From Macrostomum hystrix (lineage: Eukaryota > Animalia > Platyhelminthes), in the NCBI GenBank assembly GCA_950097015.1, contig CATNEN010000038.1, positions 27,590,001-27,654,000 on the forward strand: 64,000 bases of DNA, written 5' to 3'. Positions 1-12,400 of this stretch are shown here, one piece after another. How positions within the stretch are numbered: position 1 is the first letter of the stretch; the number at the start of each line of letters is the position of its first letter. The notes under the pieces were generated by a model, which saw only the letters and a program-made list of their open reading frames with translations, had not been told where the DNA came from and searched no databases. The position numbers were made by a program, and so were the translations under genes.

Positions 1-3000
1 CATCTTGCTTGACAAAGGCTTCAGAACCGAATGCAATCAGAAAGGCATGCGAATACAATATCCTGCACCTTGTCGGTACGAGACCCTTATCAATCAGCGT
101 CACGTTCAACTTCTCGGTCGGAGCATCGATTTAAATCGTCTAATTGGCCAGCGCGCTAACAAATCACTGTTAGCTAGCCTTCAGGTGGCTGTTCAATTGT
201 TTGAGTCTAAGGATATCACTGGTGAGTTGCTGTCTCGGCAACTGAAGAGTCGGCTAGATCCACCACAATTTCAATTTTTCTTGTTTGAGATTAAAACCTA
301 TCGACCTTCGAGACTTTTCGAGCCGTGTACAAAAATGTGAATCTAGAGGTTGTAGCCTAGTGGTTAGGGCGTCGGACTCACGACTTGAAGGTCGGGGGTT
401 CGATTCCCGACTCCACTGGAACAATTTGCGTCCTTTAGCAAGACACTTAACTCTGCATTGCTTCAGTTCACCCAGCTGTTATCCCAGCATCAGCTGGGAT
501 AATTGAAGGTGGGTGTGGCGTCCCCCCAGTCCATGGACTGAACAGCTGTACGCAGCCTTCAGATGCGCCGCGCATTAGCTGCGGCTGTGCTGTCGGCTGC
601 ACATCTGACCCAATTGGGGCAGGTGTAATAAAAAATGTGGGTCAACAACCTCCTAGGTAGAGTGAGAGTGTAGACTGTATGGAAATTAAAGTCGGAACAT
701 ATGTTTAGTTAGGCCTCCAGTTCCCAGTCTCGCAATTCTTAGTGTCAACGCTAGCTTAAGAGCTTTTAAGCATTGTCTTTCTCAAATTGCAGGCGTCATC
801 GAGTTGGAGCAGCTGATTGAAGTGTCTCGCCTAACTCACAAACTACTGCAAGAGGCCGGCCTTCAATTAGACGATTTCGATCAACTATTCAGCGAAGCTA
901 ACGAAGAGGTCGCCGCCTCCTGTGGCAAAGTGACTCTGCATTGCTTCTGGGAGTTGCAATTAGACTTTGTGCCGCATTACTGCTACAACAGCAGCACCGG
1001 CCGTTTTGTGAAATCCACGCTTTCAATGGCTTCCGAGTCTGTTGAGAGGGCGCCATTTCCCAAGGATATGCAGGACGAGCTGCTGTTCGGCAATGCCCGC
1101 TTAAATAAGGCCTTTGGCGCTGTGCTCGGCCTATACGACAGGTGTGCATTTTTAGTCTATAGTGGCTGGTTATGAAATCTGAATTCATTAGACTGCATCA
1201 GTTAACCTCTACATAGTGATATCTTGAGACTGATGCCCCTTAAGAGACTGAAGTAAAGTATCTGAAATGATCAGAATAAATGTGTACGAAAGGGAATCAA
1301 TATTCCTTTTTAAAGGCATCAAAAATGTACTAAATGTGATCTAAATGTGTACTTGAGCCGATCAGAATGAATGTCTATTGAAGAATTGCAACTAATATTG
1401 ACAATATTAGTACACAGGTGTGTACATCTGCCCTGACTTTCTCATCGTCAGGCAATGTACACACTTCACTGTGCCTTGGAGGTTGACCCTCAAGAGCGTA
1501 AATTGCACGACAAGCCCTAAAGCCTTCTGTCCGCGGAATCGAGCTCAGGACCTTGGTCCAAAAGGTCACTCAGCTCCAAATTCCAACCGAACTTTTAGAT
1601 TTGTCGGTCCGCCCCACTTTGCCGCAATGTGCCGTCTCCTTGGTTACAATGGCATCGGTACGATTGTTAGCGAAATGTTGAAAGCGGTTCGCGGCCTGTT
1701 GGAGAACACGCTGGCCGCATATCTGGTTGAGTTGCGCAAGCTCATGCCGAAGGATTGCAAACTGCAGCGATTCGATTACACTAGTCCTGGCATTCTAGGC
1801 TACTATTGCGCCCAGCTCAGACCGATCATCGCTCACCCGGATCTGCGCACCGAGGTGTTTCAAGCGTTTCGAGAATTCGGCAATACAGTCCTAGCCTGCC
1901 TGATGATGGAGCAAAGCTTAACCATTGAAGAGGTCTGCGATTTGAAGCACGCCGCCGCTTTTCAGGAGACCATACCCAAACCCTTTGTGCCGCCGCCTAA
2001 AGAGAAAGGCGACAGGTGAGCTTACAAACTCATTGTTGTCATGCTGCGCTCCACTGCCGATGATCATTTCGTTAGCTAAGCCTCATTGGTTAATAATTTT
2101 CCTCTATCAAGCCCCATTTCCTCTATCACTACCTTCAGCTCATCCTTACTCATCAGTCATTGATCCTCATCCCATCCTCAATCCCCACTCATCAGTCATT
2201 GATCCTCATCCCATCCTCAATCCCCACTCATCGGTCATTGACCCTCATCCCATCCTCAATCCCCACTCATCGGTCATTGACCCTCATCCCATCCTCAATC
2301 CCCACTCATCGGTCATTGACCCTCATCCCATCCTCAATCCCCACTCATCGGTCATTGACCCTCATCCCATCCTCACTCATCAGTCATTGATCCTCATCCC
2401 ATCCTCACTCATCAGTCATTGATCCTCATCCCATCCTCACTCATCAGTCATTGATCCTCATCCCATCCTCACTCATCAGTCATTGATCCTCATCCCATCC
2501 TCAATTCCCACTCATCGGTCATTGACCCTCATCCCATCCTCACTCATCAGTCATTGATCCTCATCCCATCCTCACTCATCAGTCATTGATCCTCATCCCA
2601 TCCTCAATTCCCACTCATTGGCCATTGCCCCTCATCCCATCCTCACTCATCAGTCATTGATCCTCATCCCATCCTCACTCATCGGTCATTGATCCCCATC
2701 CCATCCTCACTCATCAGTCATTGATCCCCATCCCATACTCACTCATCGGTCATTGCCCCTCATCCCATCCTCACTCATCGGTCATTGATCCCCATCCCAT
2801 CCTCACTCATCAGTCATTGATCCCCATCCCATACTCACTCATCGGTCATTGATCCCCATCCCATACTCACTCATCGGTCATTGATCCCCATCCCATCCTC
2901 AATCATCGGTCCTTGATCCCCATTCCATCCTCACTCATCGGTCATTGCCCCTCAGCCCATCCTCTCTCATCAGTCATTGATCCTCATCCCATCCTCACTC

Positions 3001-5368
3001 ATCGGTCATTGCCCCTCAGCCCATCCTCTCTCATCAGTCATTGATCCTCATCCCATCCTCACTCATTGGCCATTGCCCCTCATCCCATCCTCACTCATCA
3101 GTCATTGATCCTCATCCCATCCTCACTCATCGGTCATTGATCCCATCCCATTCTCAATCATCGGTCCTTGATCCCCATTCCATCCTCACTCATCGGTCAT
3201 TGCCCCTCATCCCATCCTCACTCATTGGCCATTGCCCCTCATCCCATCCTCACTCATCAGTCATTGATCCTCATCCCATCCTCACTCATCGGTCATTGAT
3301 CCCATCCCATTCTCACTCATCGGTCATTGATCCCATCCCATCCTCACTCATCAGTCATTGATCCCATCCCATCCTCACTCATCGGTCATTGATCCCATCC
3401 CATTCTCAATCATCGGTCCTTGATCCCCATTCCATCCTCACTCATCGGTCATTGCCCCTCATCCCATCCTCACTCATCGGCCCCCCAGATCAGGCCAGGA
3501 GCTTCGCCGCCAGCGCGAGGAAGAGACAAGTCGGCAGTTGAAGCGGCTGCAGACTAAATTTGCTCCTCTCAGCGTACTGAAGGTGACCGAACGCGTACTG
3601 CCCGAAGGTCACCTGCTGGCAACCGCTGTGCAGGACTGCGATCTATTAACCAAAGAGCGACTCTGCTGCGGCCTGTGCATCTTTGAGACTGTGCTCAGTC
3701 GCATTAGAGATATGCTAAATGCGCCTGGCAACCGTTGGCAAGCTGGAGAACAGCCGCGCAATGGTGTGATGTTTGTTGACGAATGCCTGGAATATCACCG
3801 GGTTTGGTCGGCCATGCAATTTGCCTATTGCTTGCCACCAAAGGACGGCGAATTCACTGTGAGTTGATTCGCTTCAATAATCTTGATTAGAACTTGGGCC
3901 AGTTTAGCTTAGATTAAAGCCCAGAGTTTGCGCGCATTTTGCTATTAAAAATGGCTGATCTTAGGACTGCTAATCTAGTCAATCTGGCAGCTTCTTCTGC
4001 AAGGCCGGATGCTACCGAACTGTGTGCGTGTGTTGCGCTAAACTTATTAGGCTAAAAGGGTTTGACCAAGCCTATAATTATAGCTAGTTAGTTTATTGCG
4101 CGAATTATTTTTTTCATAAGTGTACTTTTTAATGGCTTTCCGTTTCGTACGTTTGAAATGCAAAAGATTTTAAATGAACTCTTTAATAGAGTTTCGCTTT
4201 TTTAATAGACAATGCTAGGAATTGTCTATTCAATCATATCATCTTGGCTTCACGTCGGCTAAATTGTCACTGATCTTGAATTGTGATCTTCAGTTTGCTT
4301 TAGGGGGGTCACTGACCTTCCTCAGGCTTCAAATCAGTTGTTACAAAAGAGATCGCATTACTCCACAATGAAAACGCCATTTATTTGAACGGGGTCACTG
4401 ACCTCCCCTAAGCTACGAATGATTCAAAAGAGGTCACTGACCTCCCTTAAGCTACAAATCAGTCAAAGGAGGTCACTGACCTACCTAAGCTACAAATCAG
4501 TCAAAGGAGGTCACTGACCTCCCCTAAGCTACAAATCAGTCAAAGGAGGTCACTGACCTCCCCTAAGCTACAAATCAGTCAAAAGAGGTCACTTACCTCC
4601 CATAAGCTACAAATCAGTCAAAGGAGGTCACTGACCTCCCATAAGCTACTAATTAGTCAAAAGAGGTCACTGACCTCCCCCTTAGCTACAAATCAGTCAA
4701 AGGAGGTCACTGCCCTCCCATAAGCTACAAATCAGTCAAAAGAGGTCACTGACCTCCCATAAGCTACAAATCAGTCAAAAGAGGTCACTGACCTCCCCTA
4801 AGCTACAAATAAGTCAAAAGAGGTCACTGACCTCCCCTAAGCTACAAATCAGTCAAAGGAGGTCACTGACCTCCCCTAAGCTACAAATCTGTTAAAAGAG
4901 GTCACTGACCTCCCCTTAGCTACAAATCAGTCAAAGGAGGTCACCGACCTCCCCTAAAGCAACCAACAACAGTGTCATTGCTGCTGTTTCTCATTCTAGG
5001 TGGAGGAGCTGTACGGCGAAGGCCTTCAGTGGGCCGGATGCTGCCTGCTGGTGCTGCTAGGCGAGGAACGCCGATTCGAACTCCTGGACTTCTCCTATCA
5101 CCTGTTGAAGGCTAACAAATTCGATCAGAAGGACGACCTACGCCAGGGCTTTTCGTTGAAGCGCACAGCGGACAGGATTAGAAAGTTTCAAATATTGAAC
5201 GCCCAGATTTTGGCCACCCTGGATCGATACGTTCGTCCTCAGCGCGATGTGGCCTTCGACGGCTCCGGCGTCGTTGCCAGCGGTGCCAGCGGCGGCGCCA
5301 ACGGTTCCTCAGCTGTAGTGCAGGTTCGCTGCTACGAGTGCCCGCGCTATCAGCTGACTGGAGAATAA
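1..5368 (+). CDS. CYFIP: Cytoplasmic FMR1-interacting protein (CYFIP/Sra-1, WAVE complex), 3' part; exons <1-221, 793-1141, 1599-2015, 3489-3858, 5000-5368
   Basis: Peptides RYETLINQRHVQLLGRSIDLNRLI, FVGPPHFAAMCRLLGYNGI, DLLTKERLCCGLCIFE and EFT|VEELYGEGLQWAGC match CYFIP1/2 motifs. All four introns are GT-AG with consistent phases (1,2,2,0). The gene starts before the window. Confidence 0.96.
346..630 (+). mobile_element. tRNA-derived SINE family A (CORE-like central domain), in CYFIP intron
   Basis: A-box TAGCCTAGTGG and B-box GGTTCGATTCC. The centre CCTTTAGCAAGACACTTAAC..CAGTT..CTGTT resembles the MIR/CORE domain. Flanked by the TSD-like repeat AAAAATGTG (331-339, 631-639). Near-identical copy at 20586-20889. 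Confidence 0.85.
1411..1560 (-). mobile_element. SINE family B, partial copy
   Basis: Shares CCTGACTTTCTCATCGTCAGG, TAAATTGCACGACAAGCCC and GCGGAATCGAGCTCAGG blocks with the copies at 8557, 9545 and 60068. Confidence 0.8.
2140..3480. repeat. Pyrimidine-rich minisatellite (~31-39 bp unit CCTCACTCATCRGTCATTGATCCYCATCCCAT) filling a CYFIP intron
   Basis: Tandem copies are directly visible. The array runs to within a few bases of the acceptor AG at 3487-3488. Confidence 0.95.
4390..4955. repeat. ~36-37 bp minisatellite GAGGTCACTGACCTCCCCTAAGCTACAAATCAGTCAAAR, about 15 copies
   Basis: Tandem copies in the last CYFIP intron. Most units hold the palindrome AGGTCA-C-TGACCT. Confidence 0.95.
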
Positions 5369-5383
5369 AGCTTGGTTGTTTAG

Positions 5384-5598
5384 CAGTAGAAAGACAAACG
5401 CTATTTTCCCTATCGGTTAAGAACACGGGGTATGTCAAGCACCCGCTGCCTAATTCACGATAGCTCCCAAACCAATGACCGGTTTTCGTAAAAGTCCACC
5501 ATCCGAATAAAAACTTTTCCGCCCTGGTGACCGTTTTCTGGATTTTCATCGCGATTTAGTAGAAATTTCGGGAGATACCCCTGATGGTCTTTCTACTG
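5384..5598. mobile_element. MITE-like element with CAGTAGAAAGAC terminal inverted repeats, just 3' of the CYFIP stop
   Basis: CAGTAGAAAGAC at 5384 and GTCTTTCTACTG ending at 5598. Internal sequence is shared with 52567-53125. Confidence 0.7.
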
Positions 5599-5857
5599 TC
5601 AACAAAAACTATGTTTCATTGTCCTACACTTTTATGAACTGCTCTCCGTGTTTTTATTGCCGAGTTGCGCTGTTTTATTCTGCTTTCACAATTCTGTCGG
5701 ACATTAGTTTGTGTAATCGTGTAAATATCTTATGTTAAATTTCTATATGGTTAGAGTTACTAGTCGTTTTAGTCAAAACTGTATTATCTTCTTCTTTTCG
5801 TGCGAAAGCAATTAAATTTATCGGTTGCACCATTTTTTCATCAATCACCTGTTCAGC

Positions 5858-7490
5858 TTGAACCTGTTAGACACTGACTATAATCTGGAACCTGTTAGAC
5901 ACTGACTGTAATCTGGAACCTGTTAGACACTGACTAAAATCTTGAACCTGTTAGACACTGACTGTAATCTGGAACCTGTTAGACACTGACTGTAATCTTG
6001 AACCTGTTAGACACTGACTGTAATCTGGAACCTGTTAGACACTGACTGTAATCTGGAACCTGTTAGACACTGACTGTAATCTTGAACCTGTTAGACACTG
6101 ACTGTAATCTGGAACCTGTTAGACACTGACTGTAATCTGGAACCTGTTAGACACTGACTGTAATCTGGAACCTGTTAGACACTGACTGTAATCTTGAACC
6201 TGTTAGACACTGACTGTAATCTGGAACCTGTTAGACACTGACTAAAATCTTGAACCTGTTAGACACTGACTAAAATCTTGAACCTGTTAGACACTGACTA
6301 TAATATTGAACCTGTTAGACATTGACTATAATCTGGAACCTGTTAGACACTGAGTATAATTTTAAACCTGTTAGACACTTACAATAATTTTGAACCTGTT
6401 GGACACTGACTATAATTTTAAGCCTGTTAGACACTTACTATAATCTTGAACTTGTTAGACACTGACTATAATCTGGAACCTGTTAGACACTTACTATAAT
6501 CTTGAGCTTGTTAGACACTGGCTATAATTTTAAACCTGTTAGACACTTACTATAATCTTGAACTTGTTAGACACTGACTATAATTTTAAACCTGTTAGAC
6601 ACTTACTATAATCTTGAACTTGTTAGACACTGACTATAATCTTGAACCTGTTAGACACTGACTGTAATCTGGAACCTGTTAGACACTGACTGTAATCTGG
6701 AACCTGTTAGACACTGACTGTAATCTGGAACCTGTTAGACACTGACTGTAATCTGGAACCTGTTAGACACTGACTGTAATCTGGAACCTGTTAGACACTG
6801 ACTGTAATCTGGAACCTGTTAGACGCTGACTGTAATCTGGAACCTGTTAGACACTGACTGTAATCTTTAACCTGTTAGACACTGACTGTAATCTGGAACC
6901 TGTTAGACACTGACTGTAATCTGGAACCTGTTAGACACTGACTGTAATCTGGAACCTGTTAGACACTGACTGTAATCTGGAACCTGTTAGACACTGACTG
7001 TAATCTGGAACCTGTTAGACACTGACTGTAATCTGGAACCTGTTAGACACTGACTGTAATCTGGAACCTGTTAGACGCTGACTGTAATCTGGAACCTGTT
7101 AGACACTGACTGTAATCTTTAACCTGTTAGACACTGACTGTAATCTGGAACCTGTTATACACTGACTGTAATCTGGAACCTGTTAGAGACTGACTGTAAT
7201 CTGGAACCTGTTAGACACTGACTGTAATCTGGAACCTGTTAGACACTGACTAAAATCTTGAACCTGTTAGACACTGACTAAAATCTTGAACCTGTTAGAC
7301 ACTGACTATAATATTGAACCTGTTAGACACTGACTGTAATCTTGAACCTGTTAGACACTGACTGTAATCTGGAACCTGTTAGACACTTACTATAATCTTG
7401 AGCTTGTTAGACACTGGCTATAATCTGGAACCTGTTAGACACGGACTATTTCACCCGTTAAGGGCCTTACAGTTTAACCTGTTAGACACA
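5858..7490. repeat. 28-bp satellite AACCTGTTAGACACTGACTGTAATCTGG
   Basis: More than 50 tandem copies are visible. Confidence 0.97.
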
Positions 7491-8556
7491 GAAAATTTTA
7501 ACTGTTGCCCCGAGTTAGGATGTGAAATTGTGATTAACAAACTACTGTTTCGGCTAGTTCAATAGTTTCTATAGTACATGTACATTAAACTATATGAAGT
7601 TCACTAGTATTAATAAAACTAAATACAGTTTTTCTCAAATTGTTTATTGTGATTCGCTATCTGTCAACAAAGCATGTTAGTTTTTTATTCACCTGTCTGT
7701 ACATGTAAAATGATATAATATTAACAACAACAAGTTTTTATATCTGCATATTAAGCATATATTAACTTGTTACGAATTCATAATGTGTGTTTATTCTACT
7801 TGTAGTAGCTTATACTATATAGTTATATATTGAGTCGGGCATGCGTGTGAATTGAATAGACGCTTCGCCAAGTTTATAATTTTTTACAAGTTTTTGTGCA
7901 ATAGATAGATTATATGCATGCTTCTTATGCTGTAACAATGTACTTTTTATTTTATACATTTATGAATGCAATATGAATGGTAGTTGTCAGTATTTTTTGT
8001 TAATTTTTATTTTTATTAATCATATATACTATAATTGAAAATCTTGCTTGTTTATTACACTAAAATTCTACCGGTTTGACTGCTTTAGTGCATTAAATTA
8101 AGCGCGTAAAATCGTTAATTAATTAGAATATTGATATTACTAAGTTGGCTGATTCAATGACACACTGTAACCTTCGTTGTCCCGTCTTTACTTCTCTGAA
8201 CCGAAACCTTCGGTAAATTATAGATTTTCTTTAGCTCTGGCGCATTGTTAATTGTTCTTATCGCTTGTTTTTCTATCTAATTGCAAAATCATTATTGTTA
8301 AGCTTGCAAAGTTCGTATGATAATTTATTAAACAGTTCAATTCAGCTATTAATTAACGCTTTTTAATCCTATAAACTTTTAAATTTAGATTGACTACACT
8401 TATGTGAACTGCATTTATTTATTTAATTGTGCTCAGTAAAAATCTGCTTCTGACGCGTAGTGTGGTCATAAGCTCGAATCTCTGAGTCCCAGAGGTCGCA
8501 TGTATTTAGGGCGCGGCCGCAGAGTAAAGACTTTACCCTCACAATGGTGGAATAAT

Positions 8557-8916
8557 TGAAAAAAATAATTGTAGGAGGGCTGCAGGCAGTGGCACATCAT
8601 TTGGTGACACTAGACCTGCAGCCAGCGGAGGCAATTCTGCCCATTTCGCTGACTCCTGAGCACACACGCACACAGATACTGTACACAGGCACACACACAC
8701 AGGTGTGTACGTCAGCCCTGACTTTCTCATTGTCAGGCAGTGCACACTTAACTGTGCCTTGGGGGTTGGCCCTCAAGGGCGTAAATTGCACGACAAGCCC
8801 CCAAGCCTTCTCTCTGCGGCTGCGCCCCTAATAAATGTGGCCTCGCCGCGGAATCGAGCTCAGGGACCTTGGTGCGAGAAGCAAACGCGTTAACCGCTCT
8901 GCCACTGACCCCCCCC
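8557..8916 (-). mobile_element. tRNA-derived SINE family B, full length
   Basis: On the minus strand: head GGGGTCAGTGGCAGAGCGGTTAA..GAGCTCGATTCC (A/B-box-like), a structured body, a 3' stem-loop GGCTGCAGG..CCTGCAGCC and an ATT/T-rich tail. Confidence 0.85.
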
Positions 8917-9452
8917 CTAAGATGGCAAAATGAGACTGCGGTAGTGCAGTCCTTGGCGATGACAGATTCAGGGCACATGTACTACACGGTGTGTATGTAC
9001 CCGTACGTTTAAATTCTTACTAATCAAGAGATTACTTGTAGATGATTAAGTAAGGAAAGTGTTACCTTTTTTATTTGAAATAACAAATTTCGCATCTCTT
9101 AGTTTATTTGAATTCATGCGTCGTAATTTCAGTATTTAGTTACGGTGCATTTACAACACGTACTTTAATATTGTCTATGGTAATTGATAATGCAACGCCA
9201 ATGATTTAGGTACATGGTTTAGGCAACCATGCGCTTAGAAAGTCTTGCTTAGCATATTTTATAATGGATTGTGTTGTTAGCATAAATTACGTTCGTCCAT
9301 TTCTTGGGCCAATAGAGACATTTCTAGTCCTATAACTGTATAAATTGAAATTTCAAAGATCTAGCGCCCACGAGTTAGTTCAGCAAGGCATGTGTCACCT
9401 GTAGGCAGTGAATAATTAACAGCCACGCGGCCTTTGGTCAAAATTGCGGGAA

Positions 9453-12400
9453 ATGCAGTTAAAATCAGACGAAGCAAACGGTTGCGATGGCCATCGCTTT
9501 TGCCGCATTTGTCACTCTGCTGCCGGTGAGAACATTAGCTTGTATTACCGCGCCAAGGTCCCTGAGCTCGATTCCGCGGCGAGGCCGCATTCGTTTTGAG
9601 GCGCAGCCGCGGTGAGAAGGCTTGGGGGCTTGTCGTGCAATTTACGCCCTTCAGGGCCAACCTCCAAGGCACATTGAAGTGCACCAGCCTGACGTGTACA
9701 CAGCCTGATGAGAAAGTCAGGGCTGAGTACACACCTGTGTGAGTATGTGTGCCTGCGTACAGTATCTGTGTGCGTGTGTGCTCAGGAATCAGTGGAATGG
9801 GTAGAATTGCCTCCTCGCTGGCTGCGGGTCTAGTGTCACTAAATGATGTGCCCGCAGCCCTCGTGCAATTATTATTATTATTATTACTATTATTAGAGCG
9901 CACACTGCCTGAGGATGTGATAGTCGGTATAGTGTTAATATAATTGCGTGCACATGCCAACCAGTTGGGCTCATTAAACAATTATTGCGTCATTCAACAG
10001 GCGAAGATGAAGTACGAGACGACGATGCCACCGAGTACGACGAAGACATCTTTGCTACTGAATCTGATGAAGCTGCTGTCGGATGGCAACTGATTAACCT
10101 GTGCAACTGCTCCGGCTCTGTGGCCTACACTCACGCCCGCTGCCTCAACAGGTGGCTGCATTGCTCACAGGTACGCAATTAAGCTAACTTTTTTAAGTGT
10201 ATTAGTATGTACAGTATAGCTTGCTTATATTTGTGGACTTGGGAGACGATACCATGGATTAGACGATACCGTGGATTTGGGAGACGATACCGTGGATTTG
10301 GGAGACGATACAGTGGATTTGAGAGACGATACCATGGATTAGACGATACCGTGGATTTGGGAGACGATACCATGGATTTGGGAGACGATACCGTGGATTT
10401 GGGAGCCGATACCGTGGATTGGGAGACGATACCATGGATTTGGGAGACGATACCGTGGATTTTAGAGACGATACCGTGGATTTGGGAGACGATACCATGG
10501 ATTTGGAAGACGATACCATGTATTTGGGAGTCGATACCATGGATTTGAGAGACGATACCGTGGATTTGGGAGACGATACCGTGGATTTGGGAGACGATAC
10601 CGTGGATTTGAGGGACGATATCGTGGATTTGGGAGACGATACCGTGGATTTGGGAGACGATACCGTGGATTTGGGAGACGATACCGTGGATTTGGGAGAC
10701 GATACCGTGGATTTGAGAGACGATACCATGGATTAGACGATACCGTGGATTTGGGAGACGATACCGTGGATTTGGGAGACGATACAGTGGATTTGAGAGA
10801 CGATACCATGGATTAGACGATACCGTGGATTTGGGAGACGATACCATGGATTTGGGAGACGATACCGTGGATTTGGGAGCCGATACCGTGGATTGGGAGA
10901 CGATACCATGGATTTGGGAGACGATACCGTGGATTTTAGAGACGATACCGTGGATTTGGGAGACGATACCATGGATTTGGAAGACGATACCATGTATTTG
11001 GGAGTCGATACCATGGATTTGAGAGACGATACCGTGGATTTGGGAGACGATACCGTGGATTTGGGAGACGATACCGTGGATTTGAGGGACGATATCGTGG
11101 ATTTGGGAGACGATACCGTGGATTTGGGAGACGATACCGTGGATTTGGGAGACGATACCGTGGATTTGGGAGACGATACCGTGGATTTGAGGGACGATAT
11201 CGTGGATTTGGGAGACGATACCGTGGATTTGGGAGACGATACCGTAGATTGGCAGACGATACCGTGGATTGGGAGACGATACCGTGGATTTGGGAGACGA
11301 TACCATGGATTTGGAAGACGATACCATGTATTTGGGAGTCGATACCATGGATTTGAGAGACGATACCGTGGATTTGGGAGACGATACCGTGGATTTGGGA
11401 GACGATACCGTGGATTTGAGGGACGATATCGTGGATTTGGGAGACGATACCGTGGATTTGGGAGACGATACCGTGGATTTGGGAGACGATACCGTGGATT
11501 TGGGAGACGATACCGTGGATTTGAGGGACGATATCGTGGATTTGGGAGACGATACCGTGGATTTGGGAGACGATACCGTAGATTGGCAGACGATACCGTG
11601 GATTGGGAGACGATACCGTGGATTTGGGAGACGATACCGTGGATTTGGGAGACGATACCGTGGATTTGGGAGACGATACCGTGGATTTGGGAGACGATAC
11701 CGTGGATTTGGGAGACGATATCGTGGATTTGAGGGACGATATCGTGGATTTGGGAGAAGATACCGTGGATTTGGGAGACGATACCGTGGATTGGCAGACG
11801 ATACCGTGGATTGGGAGACGATACCGTGGATTTGGGAGACGATACCGTGGATTTGGGAGACGATACCATGGATTTGGAAGACGATACCATGTATTTGGGA
11901 GTCGATACCATGGATTTGAGAGACAATACCGTGGATTTGGGAGACGATACCGTGGATTTGAGAGACGACATCGTGGATTTGGGAGACGATACCGTGGATT
12001 TGGGAGACGATACCGTGGATTTGGGAGACGATACCGTGGATTTGGGAGACGATACCGTGGATTTTAGAGACGATATCGTGGATTTGGGAGACGATACCGT
12101 GGATTTGGGAGACGATACCGTGGATTGGGAGACGATACCGTGGATTTGGGAGACGATATCGTGGATTTGGGAGACGATACCGTGGATTTGGGAGACGATA
12201 CCGTGGATTTGAGAGACGATACCATGGATTTGGGAGACGATACCGTGGATTTGGGAGACGATACCATGGATTTGGAAGACGATACCATGTATTTGGGAGA
12301 CGATACCGTGGATTTTAGAGACGATATCGTGGATTTGAGAGACGATACCGTGGATTTGGGAGACGATACCGTGGATTTGAGAGACGATACCATGGATTTG

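Noticed and set aside
346-420. Additional tRNA genes at SINE heads (346, 18383, 20889, 42326)
   Set aside because: The stems are imperfect and most continue into SINE bodies; only 14053-14125 folds as a complete tRNA.
7521-8543. Second solo LTR (TGTGA..TCACA; shares TTCTACTTGTAGTARCTTAT with the 15.5-kb element)
   Set aside because: No matching TSD was found and the similarity is limited to about 20 bp, which is insufficient support.
9700-9725. Hammerhead-like CTGATGA-GAAA in SINE B
   Set aside because: No stem II lies between the motifs, and other copies read CTGACGATGA or CTGACAATGA, so the catalytic core is not conserved.
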